55,858 bases of DNA from the NCBI GenBank assembly GCA_964506225.1, contig CAZDKH010000009.1, positions 1-55,858 on the forward strand, written 5' to 3'. The number at the start of each line of letters is the position of its first letter. The first letter of the stretch is position 1. This document shows positions 9,773-17,844 of this stretch, piece by piece. The stretch is from an uncultured Gammaproteobacteria bacterium. GTDB taxonomy: Bacteria; Patescibacteriota; Microgenomatia; UBA8517. A program made the translations under genes and the position numbers. The notes below the pieces were generated by a model. That model searched no databases and was not told the origin of the DNA. It saw nothing but the letters and a program-made list of their open reading frames with translations.

Positions 9773-11047
9773 CTATATAAGATTGGCCACTTTTTCACCC
9801 ATGGCGATGGCGTAGTTGGTTCCCCTATCCCAAGGGTAGACCTGCTGCATGGTGGCGATAAAGAGCCTTGGTACTGGGGAGACAACATCTGGCAGATGTT
9901 TTGAGTAGTTCTTTGGAAAAACTGGTTGGGCGTAAGGAGTTTTGAAAACTTCAACTCCGATTATATTTTTTTCGAAACCTGGATTTATTTTTTTGAGGTA
10001 TTTTTTATAAAGTGAGACTAATTTTTTCTTGTCAAGCCAAAACTGCTTGTCTGTGGCAGGAAGATATTTCCCCACATATAAGAGGTGCTCCCCGCCATAG
10101 TTTTTCTTATTTATAAAGTTGGTATGTTCAACAACAGCCACAAAAGGATATGAAAGATCGTTTATATTTAGCCAGTAAGTCTTATCGGGTAAAAAGGGTT
10201 TCTTAAGTCTTATAACCACATTTATTACTCCAAGTTCTCTTACCATTAAGAATTTTTTTTTGTATTTTTCTGGCAATCCAGGGAAGATTTTATCAAAAGT
10301 TTTGAAGGGGATTGTCGAGATTAAAAAATCAAACTTTTGACTTTCGGCTTTTCCTGAATTTTCATATTTAATCACAAATTTGTCCTTGTTCTCTAAAACC
10401 TTTACAACACAAGTTTCGTAAAAAATTTTACCCCTTTTTTTAATTATTTTTTCTGCTAGTTTTTCAGCCAGAGTCAGGTAACCCCCCTCCGGATAACCTA
10501 GTTTTCTACTCCTTTTGTGAATTCTGGTCCAAAACCAGTAAGCTGGAATTTCTTCTGCGAGTTTCCCAAATTTTCCATAAAAAAGTGGTTTCCAAAGAAC
10601 CCGCCAGGTTTGTTCTCCCATGGTTTTTCTTATAAATTCTTCAGAAGTTGAACTTTCTAAAATCTTCCAAAAGGGGTTTAGTTTAAGAAAAAATATGACG
10701 GTTCCGGTTCTTAGTCGGTTGATAAAGCTAAGATGGGGGAAGTTAAATAAGCTTTTGGGTGAGTCTAGTTGATATATGTTCCCATTTAGATAAGTTGAAG
10801 TTTTAGGAGTATAAAAGTTTGTCTTAATTCCAACTTCTTTAGCTAAATTTAAAGCGAAGTGATCAGAGGTAAAGAAATGGTGATAGTAGTACTCAAGAGG
10901 CCAGTTCCAATTATCTTTTCTAAACCCCCCAGCTAACCCTCCGGGGCCTGTATGTGCTTCAAAAATACTCACCCTGTGTCCTCTTTGTGCAAGTCTTAGT
11001 CCTGCACTCAAGCCTGTAAATCCAGCACCAATTATCGCAATATCCAT
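9773..11047 (-). CDS. FAD/NAD(P)-binding oxidoreductase (amine-oxidase / protoporphyrinogen-oxidase-like fold)
   Basis: N-terminal dinucleotide-binding motif DIAIIGAGFTGLSAGLRLAQRGHRVSIFEA...GPGGLAG. The ATG at 11047 is preferred over the TTG at 11056. Confidence 0.7.
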   Translation of the reverse strand: MDIAIIGAGFTGLSAGLRLAQRGHRVSIFEAHTGPGGLAGGFRKDNWNWPLEYYYHHFFTSDHFALNLAKEVGIKTNFYTPKTSTYLNGNIYQLDSPKSLFNFPHLSFINRLRTGTVIFFLKLNPFWKILESSTSEEFIRKTMGEQTWRVLWKPLFYGKFGKLAEEIPAYWFWTRIHKRSRKLGYPEGGYLTLAEKLAEKIIKKRGKIFYETCVVKVLENKDKFVIKYENSGKAESQKFDFLISTIPFKTFDKIFPGLPEKYKKKFLMVRELGVINVVIRLKKPFLPDKTYWLNINDLSYPFVAVVEHTNFINKKNYGGEHLLYVGKYLPATDKQFWLDKKKLVSLYKKYLKKINPGFEKNIIGVEVFKTPYAQPVFPKNYSKHLPDVVSPVPRLFIATMQQVYPWDRGTNYAIAMGEKVANLI

Positions 11048-11073
11048 AGGGGGCAAGTATAACAGTCGGGCAT

Positions 11074-11811
11074 TTAGACTACCAGGAGTACTGCCCAGAA
11101 AACCAGAACCAGTCCTATACCAACCAAAAGAATAGTTGGCAAGCTAATTCCAGCTTCGGGTAGTGCTGCTCCAACTGGTGTGAGTGTAGGCGTGGGCGAT
11201 GCCTGTGCGAGAGTCTTGGTTGGCGTAGGAGTAGACGTAGAGGTGGGGGTTGGTGTGGAAGTTGCACTAGGTGTTGATGTTGGTGTGGGCGTGGGTGTTG
11301 GTGTCAAAGTTCCGGTTGGGGTGGGACTGGGTGTGCCTGTTGGCGTTGGAGTGGGGGTGGGTATAGAAGTACTAATTGTAAATGTAAGTGCTTCACAGGA
11401 AGTTTTTAATCCTTCAATATGTCCAAAGTCTAAACATTCAACAGTTCCCTCAACACGCCAATCAAATCCTTCCTTGGGTACACTAACCTTCCCCAGATTG
11501 ACAACTTGTCCTGGCTCAACCAAGGGAACATCGAGTGTTTGAACTAGCTGATTATTGATATAGACTTTTGCCTGCTGGGGATTTACTGCACTACCGGAAG
11601 TATTTGTCACTTGGACATTTCCAAATTTATCGACAGAGAAATTATACTTTTCACAATCCCAGGCTTTAGGCTGGGATTCAGGATAAGTAGGAGAAACAGA
11701 GCTTTGTCTTAGTTGATATAACCTGACAGCGGTAAATATGGCGACTCCAGCTAGAATTATTGTTGCTAAGATTATTAGAATTGTTGTTGAGTTTTTCTTG
11801 ATTGTATCCAT
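11074..11811 (-). CDS. Secreted/anchored surface protein: N-terminal TM or signal anchor, small beta-rich domain, long Thr-Pro linker, C-terminal LPEAG + hydrophobic tail (sortase-type signal)
   Basis: ATG at 11811, 2 nt after the upstream stop. (TP)n tract over about 60 residues. LPEAG at 11149-11163 is followed by ISLPTILLVGIGLVLVFWAVLLVV. Confidence 0.65.
   Translation of the reverse strand: MDTIKKNSTTILIILATIILAGVAIFTAVRLYQLRQSSVSPTYPESQPKAWDCEKYNFSVDKFGNVQVTNTSGSAVNPQQAKVYINNQLVQTLDVPLVEPGQVVNLGKVSVPKEGFDWRVEGTVECLDFGHIEGLKTSCEALTFTISTSIPTPTPTPTGTPSPTPTGTLTPTPTPTPTSTPSATSTPTPTSTSTPTPTKTLAQASPTPTLTPVGAALPEAGISLPTILLVGIGLVLVFWAVLLVV
11176..11364 (-). repeat. (Thr-Pro)n-coding low-complexity tract
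   Basis: Encodes IPTPTPTPTGTPSPTPTGTLTPTPTPTPTSTPSATSTPTPTSTSTPTPTKT...TPTLTP. Confidence 0.9.
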
Positions 11812-11813
11812 TT

Positions 11814-12797
11814 TTAAATCCACCCCACCACTGTATGATGTATTTCAGCATTCACGGTAATAGTCAAAGAAGTTTGTCCTGTTGGAATTTCCGGTATAGT
11901 GTATTCATCATAGAATTCCTGAGTTCCCGGCCTTTTTGCTGTAACAGGATTTCTTTGGACACCATTTATCGTAAATCTTCCCATATCAAAGCTTCCGCTA
12001 GTTGCGCTACCGACTACTGTGAAACGAACGATGGTTTTGGGTTTGAGTTTAGCAAGCTCAGCCATACTAAGCTCATTCCAGTCCTTGTCAAAGGCTTTGA
12101 TGTTTAGACATTGTGCGCTGATATCCGCAGCCGGAGTGGGTGTAGAGGTGGGTATAAGAGTTGGTGTAGGTGTGGGGGTTGGTTTGATTACACAAGGTTG
12201 ATTTGTTTCGCAAAGGCTAACCAATTCCCAATTTTGGGTGGTTGAACCCTTAGGTCTTCTATCAACTTGATTACATGCCCCCGGTTGATTTCCAAAAATC
12301 ATTCTTGGGTTCACTCCCACATCAGGAGTTTGACATCTTCTATCCGGAGAACATTGGTCACAGATAAAAGTGATATATTCCCACTCTTCTTGAGGGGGCT
12401 TAGTTTGGCAGTCAGGATGGCTTGCGCAAACTCCTGTCCCCTGTGGTCCTTGCCAGCGACCGTCCGACCCGCAAGTATATTGCTGACACTCTTGAGTGTT
12501 GCAGTGAACCTCTCCAGGATTGGCCCAACCATCACATTTCTGGACAGCCGCTTTTTCTTGTAGTTGTCGCTGTTGGACAAGAACCACTCCTGCTCCAACC
12601 CCAACAACTAGAAGTAGGATACCCAAAATTGTTGCAATAGTTTTTTTGCGACTTCCTCCAAACCCTCCCAAGACCCTTTTTAACCTGTTTTGGTCTTCTT
12701 CTGGGTTTGCTCGCGGGGGTTCATTGGCATTTACCATAAATGCTGGAAGCTGATTTTCTAGAGGTTGTTGTGTATTTGTTTGATAGACTGGATCCAT
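11814..12797 (-). CDS. Membrane-anchored extracellular protein with a 12-Cys module, a TP linker and a C-terminal beta-rich domain
   Basis: TM helix TIATILGILLLVVGVGAGVVLV. 12 Cys between KCDGW and NQPCVIK. Linker KPTPTPTPTLIPTSTPTP. No recognisable family. Confidence 0.6.
   Translation of the reverse strand: MDPVYQTNTQQPLENQLPAFMVNANEPPRANPEEDQNRLKRVLGGFGGSRKKTIATILGILLLVVGVGAGVVLVQQRQLQEKAAVQKCDGWANPGEVHCNTQECQQYTCGSDGRWQGPQGTGVCASHPDCQTKPPQEEWEYITFICDQCSPDRRCQTPDVGVNPRMIFGNQPGACNQVDRRPKGSTTQNWELVSLCETNQPCVIKPTPTPTPTLIPTSTPTPAADISAQCLNIKAFDKDWNELSMAELAKLKPKTIVRFTVVGSATSGSFDMGRFTINGVQRNPVTAKRPGTQEFYDEYTIPEIPTGQTSLTITVNAEIHHTVVGWI
12132..12185 (-). repeat. (Thr-Pro)n-coding tract
   Basis: Encodes KPTPTPTPTLIPTSTPTP. 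Confidence 0.9.
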
Positions 12798-12801
12798 GAT
12801 A

Positions 12802-14184
12802 TTAATTTGCTCCCTTTTTCCAAATAATAAAGCTTGTAGAAATTAGGCCTAAACTCATCATAAGAAGAGCAATAGTTGGTGTCAAGTCTCCAGCTGTTGG
12901 AATTCCTGAAGTAGTAGAAGGTAGTGAAACTCTTGGTGTTGGAGAGGGACTAGCGGTTGGTGTAATTGGTCTAGTGGGAGTGGGAGTTGAAGTTGGTTTA
13001 GGTGTTGGAGTAGAAGTGGGTGTCTTAGTTGGAGTGGGAGTTGGCGTTGGGGTGGTTGCCGATGGAGAAGATTCAAAAGCCGGCCCCTCGGCTGCCAACA
13101 CGGTAAAGCTTCTGGTTATGGTTCTTAAGATTCCACTGGAATCTCGCCAGCTAATGGTGATAGTGTGTTCCCCCTCGGTAAGATCGCTGGGAGGAGACCA
13201 TTGCCAACTTCCTGATGACCCGATAGTAAGTGTTTTAATTATTGGTTCTGACTCAAGTTTTATTGTGATTGTTGTGCCGGGGGGGCCTTGACCAAAAAAT
13301 TCTGGCTTTGTGGTGGTAATGCTTTCTTTTTCCTTGATGCTTATTAAACTAACAGTGGTGGGAAATTTATCTGTCCCGGTTGTTGAGGTGATTCTTGGAG
13401 AGGATGTGGACTGGGGAAGTTCCAGTGAAGCTTTGGGTAACTCTAGGGAGTTTTCTTCATTTCTAAAATCATAAGTTTGCCCGAGAGTGATTGATGGAGC
13501 GGGACTTGCGCTTTCTAAAAACACTTGAGCTGAGGCAATACCCCGAGGCCCCCCTTGAACAAATATATTAATAGTAGGGTCTTTTGCAGAAATAGGTAGG
13601 TACGAAGAAAGGTCTGGGTAGGTTCGGCTGGTACTAATGGGAATTACCCAGCTTCCATTGGATGAGGTTTTGGTAACCAGCGGACTTCCTCCGGCGGCAG
13701 TTGCATAGACTAAAACATTTGCAGCCGGTTGGCCCGAAGCGGTAAGGATTGTGCCTGAAATTACCTGTGTTGAAGGAATAGAGTCAATCTTGGGAGCGGT
13801 AGTAACTGACCATGGTATGCCGCTATTATCAAATTCAACTCCACCTGAGTTTATTTTAAAGTAGTAGTTGGTTAATGGATTTAGATTATTTATGGTTACT
13901 AAGTTGGTGGTTGTTGGTTTATTTTCTTCAAAGGATACTGTCTTGTTGATTGATGAATTTGACTCTCCCCAAATTATATAACCGACATACTCTTTATCAG
14001 TAGTCCAAGAGACTGTAAATGAGGAGTCAGTAATATTGGTAACCCTGATATTTTTAGGTGCTTTTTCGGCTTGAGCCCCAAGCCTAAAGACCTGACTTCG
14101 TTCAACTAGAAAGACTCCGATTCCTATCCCGACTATCAAAACAAAAAGACCGATAATTGTTGGAATTGTAAACTTTTTTTTCAT
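12802..14184 (-). CDS. Surface protein: N-terminal TM, FN3-like domain, carboxypeptidase-regulatory-like and Ig-like domains, TP-rich linker, C-terminal IPTAG-TM-KK sorting signal
   Basis: NIRVTNITDSSFTVSWTT (FN3-like). ISGTILTASGQPAANVLVYA (CarboxypepD_reg-like). TP tract of 48 residues. IPTAG (12889-12903), then a hydrophobic helix, then KKGAN. Confidence 0.7.
   Translation of the reverse strand: MKKKFTIPTIIGLFVLIVGIGIGVFLVERSQVFRLGAQAEKAPKNIRVTNITDSSFTVSWTTDKEYVGYIIWGESNSSINKTVSFEENKPTTTNLVTINNLNPLTNYYFKINSGGVEFDNSGIPWSVTTAPKIDSIPSTQVISGTILTASGQPAANVLVYATAAGGSPLVTKTSSNGSWVIPISTSRTYPDLSSYLPISAKDPTINIFVQGGPRGIASAQVFLESASPAPSITLGQTYDFRNEENSLELPKASLELPQSTSSPRITSTTGTDKFPTTVSLISIKEKESITTTKPEFFGQGPPGTTITIKLESEPIIKTLTIGSSGSWQWSPPSDLTEGEHTITISWRDSSGILRTITRSFTVLAAEGPAFESSPSATTPTPTPTPTKTPTSTPTPKPTSTPTPTRPITPTASPSPTPRVSLPSTTSGIPTAGDLTPTIALLMMSLGLISTSFIIWKKGAN
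12928..13071 (-). repeat. (Thr-Pro)n-coding low-complexity tract
   Basis: Encodes SSPSATTPTPTPTPTKTPTSTPTPKPTSTPTPTRPITPTASPSPTPRV. Confidence 0.9.
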
Positions 14185-14480
14185 TCTGAAATTTGGACCT
14201 CTTCGCTGGTACTTTGTGGTTTTTCGACGGTTAGTGTAGGTGTTGGTGTTGGTTTGTTAATCTTAATTTCGGACTCCTCAAAGTGCATTCTTTCTTGTAG
14301 CTTATCTAGAGTATTGGCGTCAAGGGTGGGGTCAATCGGTGAAAGGATTTCTGGAGGAACACCTACATCTGGTCTTTTGGTTAACGCCCTGTAAACTTCA
14401 AATGAAACCCAGACTATAATTGTGATTACAGTTAACGCAGTAATGACCACAAGTTTTGGGGCGCGTATCTTTGTTCTCAT
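14181..14480 (-). CDS. Small single-pass membrane protein with a short TP motif (hypothetical)
   Basis: TM helix LVVITALTVITIIVWVSF. KPTPTPTLT near the C-terminus. 4-nt overlaps on both sides indicate translational coupling. Confidence 0.5.
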   Translation of the reverse strand: MRTKIRAPKLVVITALTVITIIVWVSFEVYRALTKRPDVGVPPEILSPIDPTLDANTLDKLQERMHFEESEIKINKPTPTPTLTVEKPQSTSEEVQISE

Positions 14481-15133
14481 TGATTTAAATTACTACTTTC
14501 AAGATAGGGCACTAAGCCGGTAATAGACAAAAGTATCTGGTTTTCCTGGGGGACAATACTAAAAGTAGCACTTTCTAAAACATAAGGCCTTCTTAAGTTT
14601 TCTAATTGGGAAAATAAAGTTGTCAGAAGTGGGTAATCTCCTTGAACGTCCAAAGAAATACTGAAACTTTTAAAATCATTTACCTCTTGAGAATTTGCAG
14701 TTTGTTGGTTGCTGCTTGTACCGAGTAAAGATACCCTACCAAGAGTAAATTTTTTCAAGACGAGAGAATTTTTTTGAACCAGTGCTTCAAGTTGACGTGA
14801 ATATTTAAGTGGATCCGGAGAGTTGGGAATGGCGCTATCCAAAAGTGAAATTTTGCTAAATTCACGAGAGTAAAGATTCTTGGCTTTATTGAGGTTAGTT
14901 ATTTTGGATTCCATCTCGGCAAGAGTTTTTTCTTTCTCTTTAATATCGTTTACCAGTTGGGCAATTGTCAACAATGTGGGTCTTATGGCCCCAAGAACAA
15001 AAAAAGCAATTGCAAGAAGTGTCAGAAGAATTTCCAGAAACATACGGACATCCTCTCTTTTCCTATAAAAAAGAGAGATATTCATAAAATATTGTTTGTA
15101 TCTTAAATAACCTGTTTGCCAGCTTACTGCCAT
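14477..15133 (-). CDS. PilO-like type IV pilus assembly protein
   Basis: Single TM helix (FLEILLTLLAIAFFVLGAI) followed by a coiled-coil and a ferredoxin-like C-terminal region. It lies directly after the PilN-like gene. Confidence 0.5.
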   Translation of the reverse strand: MAVSWQTGYLRYKQYFMNISLFYRKREDVRMFLEILLTLLAIAFFVLGAIRPTLLTIAQLVNDIKEKEKTLAEMESKITNLNKAKNLYSREFSKISLLDSAIPNSPDPLKYSRQLEALVQKNSLVLKKFTLGRVSLLGTSSNQQTANSQEVNDFKSFSISLDVQGDYPLLTTLFSQLENLRRPYVLESATFSIVPQENQILLSITGLVPYLESSNLNQ

Positions 15134-15134
15134 A

Positions 15135-15692
15135 TTATTTTTCTTTCTTTAAACTTGCACTTATGGTGAAATTTACTCCTGGCTTATCAGCTTTTATATC
15201 TATCTGATCTACGCTCACGTTCTCAAATTTTCCAGAGTGTTCCAAGTTTGAGACAAATTGCAGAATTGATTGTTCGGAAAAACTTGTTGCAGTTATTTTA
15301 AGGACGCCTTTATCTAAATTCCATTTAATAAGAGTAACTTCAGGAGGTAAAAGAGAAACACTACTGGAAAGTACAGGGAAGAACTTATTGTCTTCTTTTG
15401 TGATTTCTGAGAAAAATTTAAGCTTTTTTTGAGCAAGTTTGAAATTTTTTTCAAGATCCGAGAATGATTTGATAATTGATTGTCTTTGGGTTAGTTCGTC
15501 ATTCAGATTCGAAATTTTCGCATCCAGCCAAAATCTTGAGACAAAAGCAGCCACGACAATAAGCTCTGTGATAATAACTATAATTCTGAAAGTTGACAGT
15601 ATCCACGTTAAAACCCTACCGGCAGTAGAAGCTGCAAATTCCTCTTGCGGCAAAAGATTTACACTAGGCTTTTTTTTCCTCAGGGCAGCCAT
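15135..15692 (-). CDS. PilN-like type IV pilus assembly protein
   Basis: N-terminal SVNLLPQEEF (the PilN INLLP-type motif), single TM helix, coiled-coil, small C-terminal domain. Confidence 0.6.
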   Translation of the reverse strand: MAALRKKKPSVNLLPQEEFAASTAGRVLTWILSTFRIIVIITELIVVAAFVSRFWLDAKISNLNDELTQRQSIIKSFSDLEKNFKLAQKKLKFFSEITKEDNKFFPVLSSSVSLLPPEVTLIKWNLDKGVLKITATSFSEQSILQFVSNLEHSGKFENVSVDQIDIKADKPGVNFTISASLKKEK

Positions 15693-15754
15693 ATAACTAC
15701 TTTAAATATAACACACAGAAATTGCCGAGAGAAGAATTATTTAATCCAGAGGAA

Positions 15755-16018
15755 TTACTTTTTGGATTTTGTTTTAGTTTTTGTTTTTGGAAGGAGTTTG
15801 GAAAGACTACTTTTGATGCGGGCGGCCTTGTTGCGGTGAATAACTTTCTTTTTGACAGCGCGGTCTGCAAGAGAAAACGCCTTGGCAATTGCAGTTTTGG
15901 ACTTGGACTTTTTAGCCAGACGAATAGCCAGGTCTAATAGTTTTCTAATCTTTTCGTTTACAAGTTTTTTTCTTCTCGAACCCCGAAGGGCTCTTTTGGC
16001 TGTTTTGGTTACCGGCAT
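15755..16018 (-). CDS. rpsT: 30S ribosomal protein S20
   Basis: MPVTKTAKRALRGSRRKKLVN...VIHRNKAARIKSSLSKLL; size and basic composition are typical. Confidence 0.85.
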   Translation of the reverse strand: MPVTKTAKRALRGSRRKKLVNEKIRKLLDLAIRLAKKSKSKTAIAKAFSLADRAVKKKVIHRNKAARIKSSLSKLLPKTKTKTKSKK

Positions 16019-16092
16019 CTTAGGAATTCAAAAATTGTGAATTCAATTTTCCTGATATCGACAGTATAATTTACCAAGGCTCAAATATCAAT

Positions 16093-17811
16093 ATGTTTGA
16101 CAAGATTTTTAAAAGGGGTAAGAGGCTTGTTACTGGTCCACAAAACTCTGTTCTTTCTGCAGCAACAATCATCATGTTTATGGTTGTTGCTTCAAGAGTG
16201 TTGGGTTTGGTGCGCCAAAGGGTACTTGCCCATTTTTTTACTCCTGAATCTTTATCACTTTTTTTTGCAGCCTTTAGATTGCCGGACCTTGTATTTGAAG
16301 TCTTGGTCTTTGGGACTTTTTCCTCGGCTTTTATTCCGGTTTTCACAAAAGCTTTAAATAAGAGTAAAAAAGAAGCTTGGGATATTGCTGGAAGGGTTGT
16401 GAATATAGGCCTTTTGATATTTATAGTTTTTGCCTTTTGTTTTAGCTTTTTTTCAGAACCGTTTTATACTATCCTGGCCCCAGGTTATTCGGTCGAAGAC
16501 ACACGCAAAATTGCTTCAATCGCAAAAATTTTATTCGCTGCCCAAGGTTTTTTTGTTGTCAGTTATGTCCTAACTGGGGTACTCGAATCCCTAAGAAGAT
16601 TTTTAATTTCTGCCCTAGCTCCAGTTTTTTACAACCTAGGAATTATTTTAGGGACTTTGATTTTCTCTCCCTTTTTGGGTTTACCAGGTCCCGGGTATGG
16701 AGTATTTCTTGGTGCACTACTTCATTTCTCAGTTCAACTGCCCTTCGCTTACAAACTGGGTTTTAGATTTAGTAGAAATATCAAACCAACCCAAGGCGTA
16801 ATTCAGATAGCCAGACTTGCCATTCCCCGTGTGATTGACCTTTCCTTTCAACAGATTGCAAAGACTGTTGAACTTTTTTTCGCATCAATTATCTCTACCG
16901 CCTCTTATACTTACTTTACTTTTGCAAATACACTTCAGCTTTTGCCAGTTGGAATTTTTGGCGTGTCTTTGGCAAAGGCCTCTTTACCAACTCTTTCTGC
17001 CCAGTCTGAAGATTATAAGGCATTTCGTAAGACTCTTTTTACCACCCTTTATCAGATTGTTTTTTTGGTTCTTCCATTATCGACTACACTTATTGTTTTA
17101 AGGATTCCCATAGTACGCTTGGTTTTTGGAACCGGAATTTTTGATTGGCAGTCTACAGTCCAAACAGGCTTAGTTTTAACTGCTTTTGCAGTGGGTATAG
17201 TATTTCAATCGGCCTCTGCCCTTTTGGCAAGAGGATTTTATGCACTTCATGACACAAAAACGCCAGTTGCTATCTCTATTGGTGCGGTTCTAATTACAAT
17301 TGCAAGCGATATTATTCTAGTGGGAGGTTTTTCTTTACCTGTCTGGGCGCTTGCTGCTTCCTTCTCTTTGGGCGCAATATTCCAGGCTCTTTTGTTATTT
17401 TTCTTTCTGGTAAAAAGGATAGACCATACTTTACCACTGGATTCGATTATACCCATGATAAAAAGTTTTATTGCCGCCTTGGCTTCAGGAATAGTTATGT
17501 TTTTCTTTCTCAAACTTTTTGACCGTTCTGTATGGGTAAAAAGACTCTCTTTTTTACAGGGCGTTGACCCGGAGACAGCTCTTTCTTTTAATCGCTTTGT
17601 GTTGGATACCCGCTACACTGTTAATCTATTTATTTTAACTTCGTTAGTAGCATTGGTTGGTTTTTTTGTTTATTTAATGTTTTCCTACTTTCTAAAATCG
17701 CAAGAGCTTGCGTCTTTTGTTAGTTTATTAAAACGCAGGAAAATTGGTGCTCCCCCAACAAAAGAAGCTGAACCACTTTCTCTTCCGACGAGTGAGAGCG
17801 TTAATACTTGA
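16093..17811 (+). CDS. murJ: Lipid II flippase MurJ/MviN
   Basis: Polytopic protein. N-terminus ...AATIIMFMVVASRVLGLVRQRVLAHFF and FRLPDLVFEVLVFGTFSSAFIPVF are typical MurJ motifs. Confidence 0.85.
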   Translation: MFDKIFKRGKRLVTGPQNSVLSAATIIMFMVVASRVLGLVRQRVLAHFFTPESLSLFFAAFRLPDLVFEVLVFGTFSSAFIPVFTKALNKSKKEAWDIAGRVVNIGLLIFIVFAFCFSFFSEPFYTILAPGYSVEDTRKIASIAKILFAAQGFFVVSYVLTGVLESLRRFLISALAPVFYNLGIILGTLIFSPFLGLPGPGYGVFLGALLHFSVQLPFAYKLGFRFSRNIKPTQGVIQIARLAIPRVIDLSFQQIAKTVELFFASIISTASYTYFTFANTLQLLPVGIFGVSLAKASLPTLSAQSEDYKAFRKTLFTTLYQIVFLVLPLSTTLIVLRIPIVRLVFGTGIFDWQSTVQTGLVLTAFAVGIVFQSASALLARGFYALHDTKTPVAISIGAVLITIASDIILVGGFSLPVWALAASFSLGAIFQALLLFFFLVKRIDHTLPLDSIIPMIKSFIAALASGIVMFFFLKLFDRSVWVKRLSFLQGVDPETALSFNRFVLDTRYTVNLFILTSLVALVGFFVYLMFSYFLKSQELASFVSLLKRRKIGAPPTKEAEPLSLPTSESVNT

Positions 17812-17836
17812 CACAAATTAGCACTCATGTTAATTT
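17808..17836 (+). promoter_or_regulatory. Putative promoter of hrcA operon (TTGACA-17-TAATTT) overlapping CIRCE
   Basis: TTGACA at 17808-17813 overlaps the murJ stop. The -10-like TAATTT at 17831-17836 ends 7 nt before the ATG, implying a leaderless or near-leaderless mRNA. Confidence 0.35.
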
Positions 17837-17844
17837 ACTGCTAA
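17818..17844 (+). promoter_or_regulatory. CIRCE operator (HrcA site) in front of hrcA-grpE-dnaK
   Basis: TTAGCACTC-atgttaatt-TACTGCTAA. The left arm is identical to the consensus TTAGCACTC-N9-GAGTGCTAA and the right arm matches 7/9, with an exact 9-nt spacer. The last base is the A of the hrcA ATG. Confidence 0.75.

Noticed and set aside
9766-9954. The N-terminal 63 codons of the track ORF 8122-9954.
   Set aside because: This extension overlaps the 3' end of the FAD oxidoreductase gene in another frame and encodes non-membrane, low-quality sequence. The ATG at 9765 starts right at the first TM region and leaves a 7-nt gap to the upstream stop.
11180-13291. Plus-strand ORFs rich in GVGVGV (11180-11542, 12019-12201, 12974-13291) that look like repeat proteins or a repeat array.
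   Set aside because: They are the reverse complements of the Thr-Pro coding tracts of well-supported minus-strand genes. They have no independent start context. They are not CRISPR-like, because there is no regular repeat-spacer periodicity.
16019-16092. The strand switch (minus-strand genes to the left, plus-strand genes to the right) between rpsT and murJ, considered as a possible replication origin.
   Set aside because: The spacer is only 74 bp, I could find no cluster of DnaA-box-like 9-mers (TTATCCACA or its complement), and there is no adjacent dnaA or dnaN. A divergent promoter region is sufficient explanation.
16071-16346. A 91-aa minus-strand ORF, along with other antisense ORFs inside long conserved genes (e.g. 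5553-6035, 25019-25534, 42680-43120, 52788-53249).
   Set aside because: All lie fully inside strongly supported genes on the opposite strand and have no recognisable motifs. They are typical shadow ORFs of AT-rich coding sequence.
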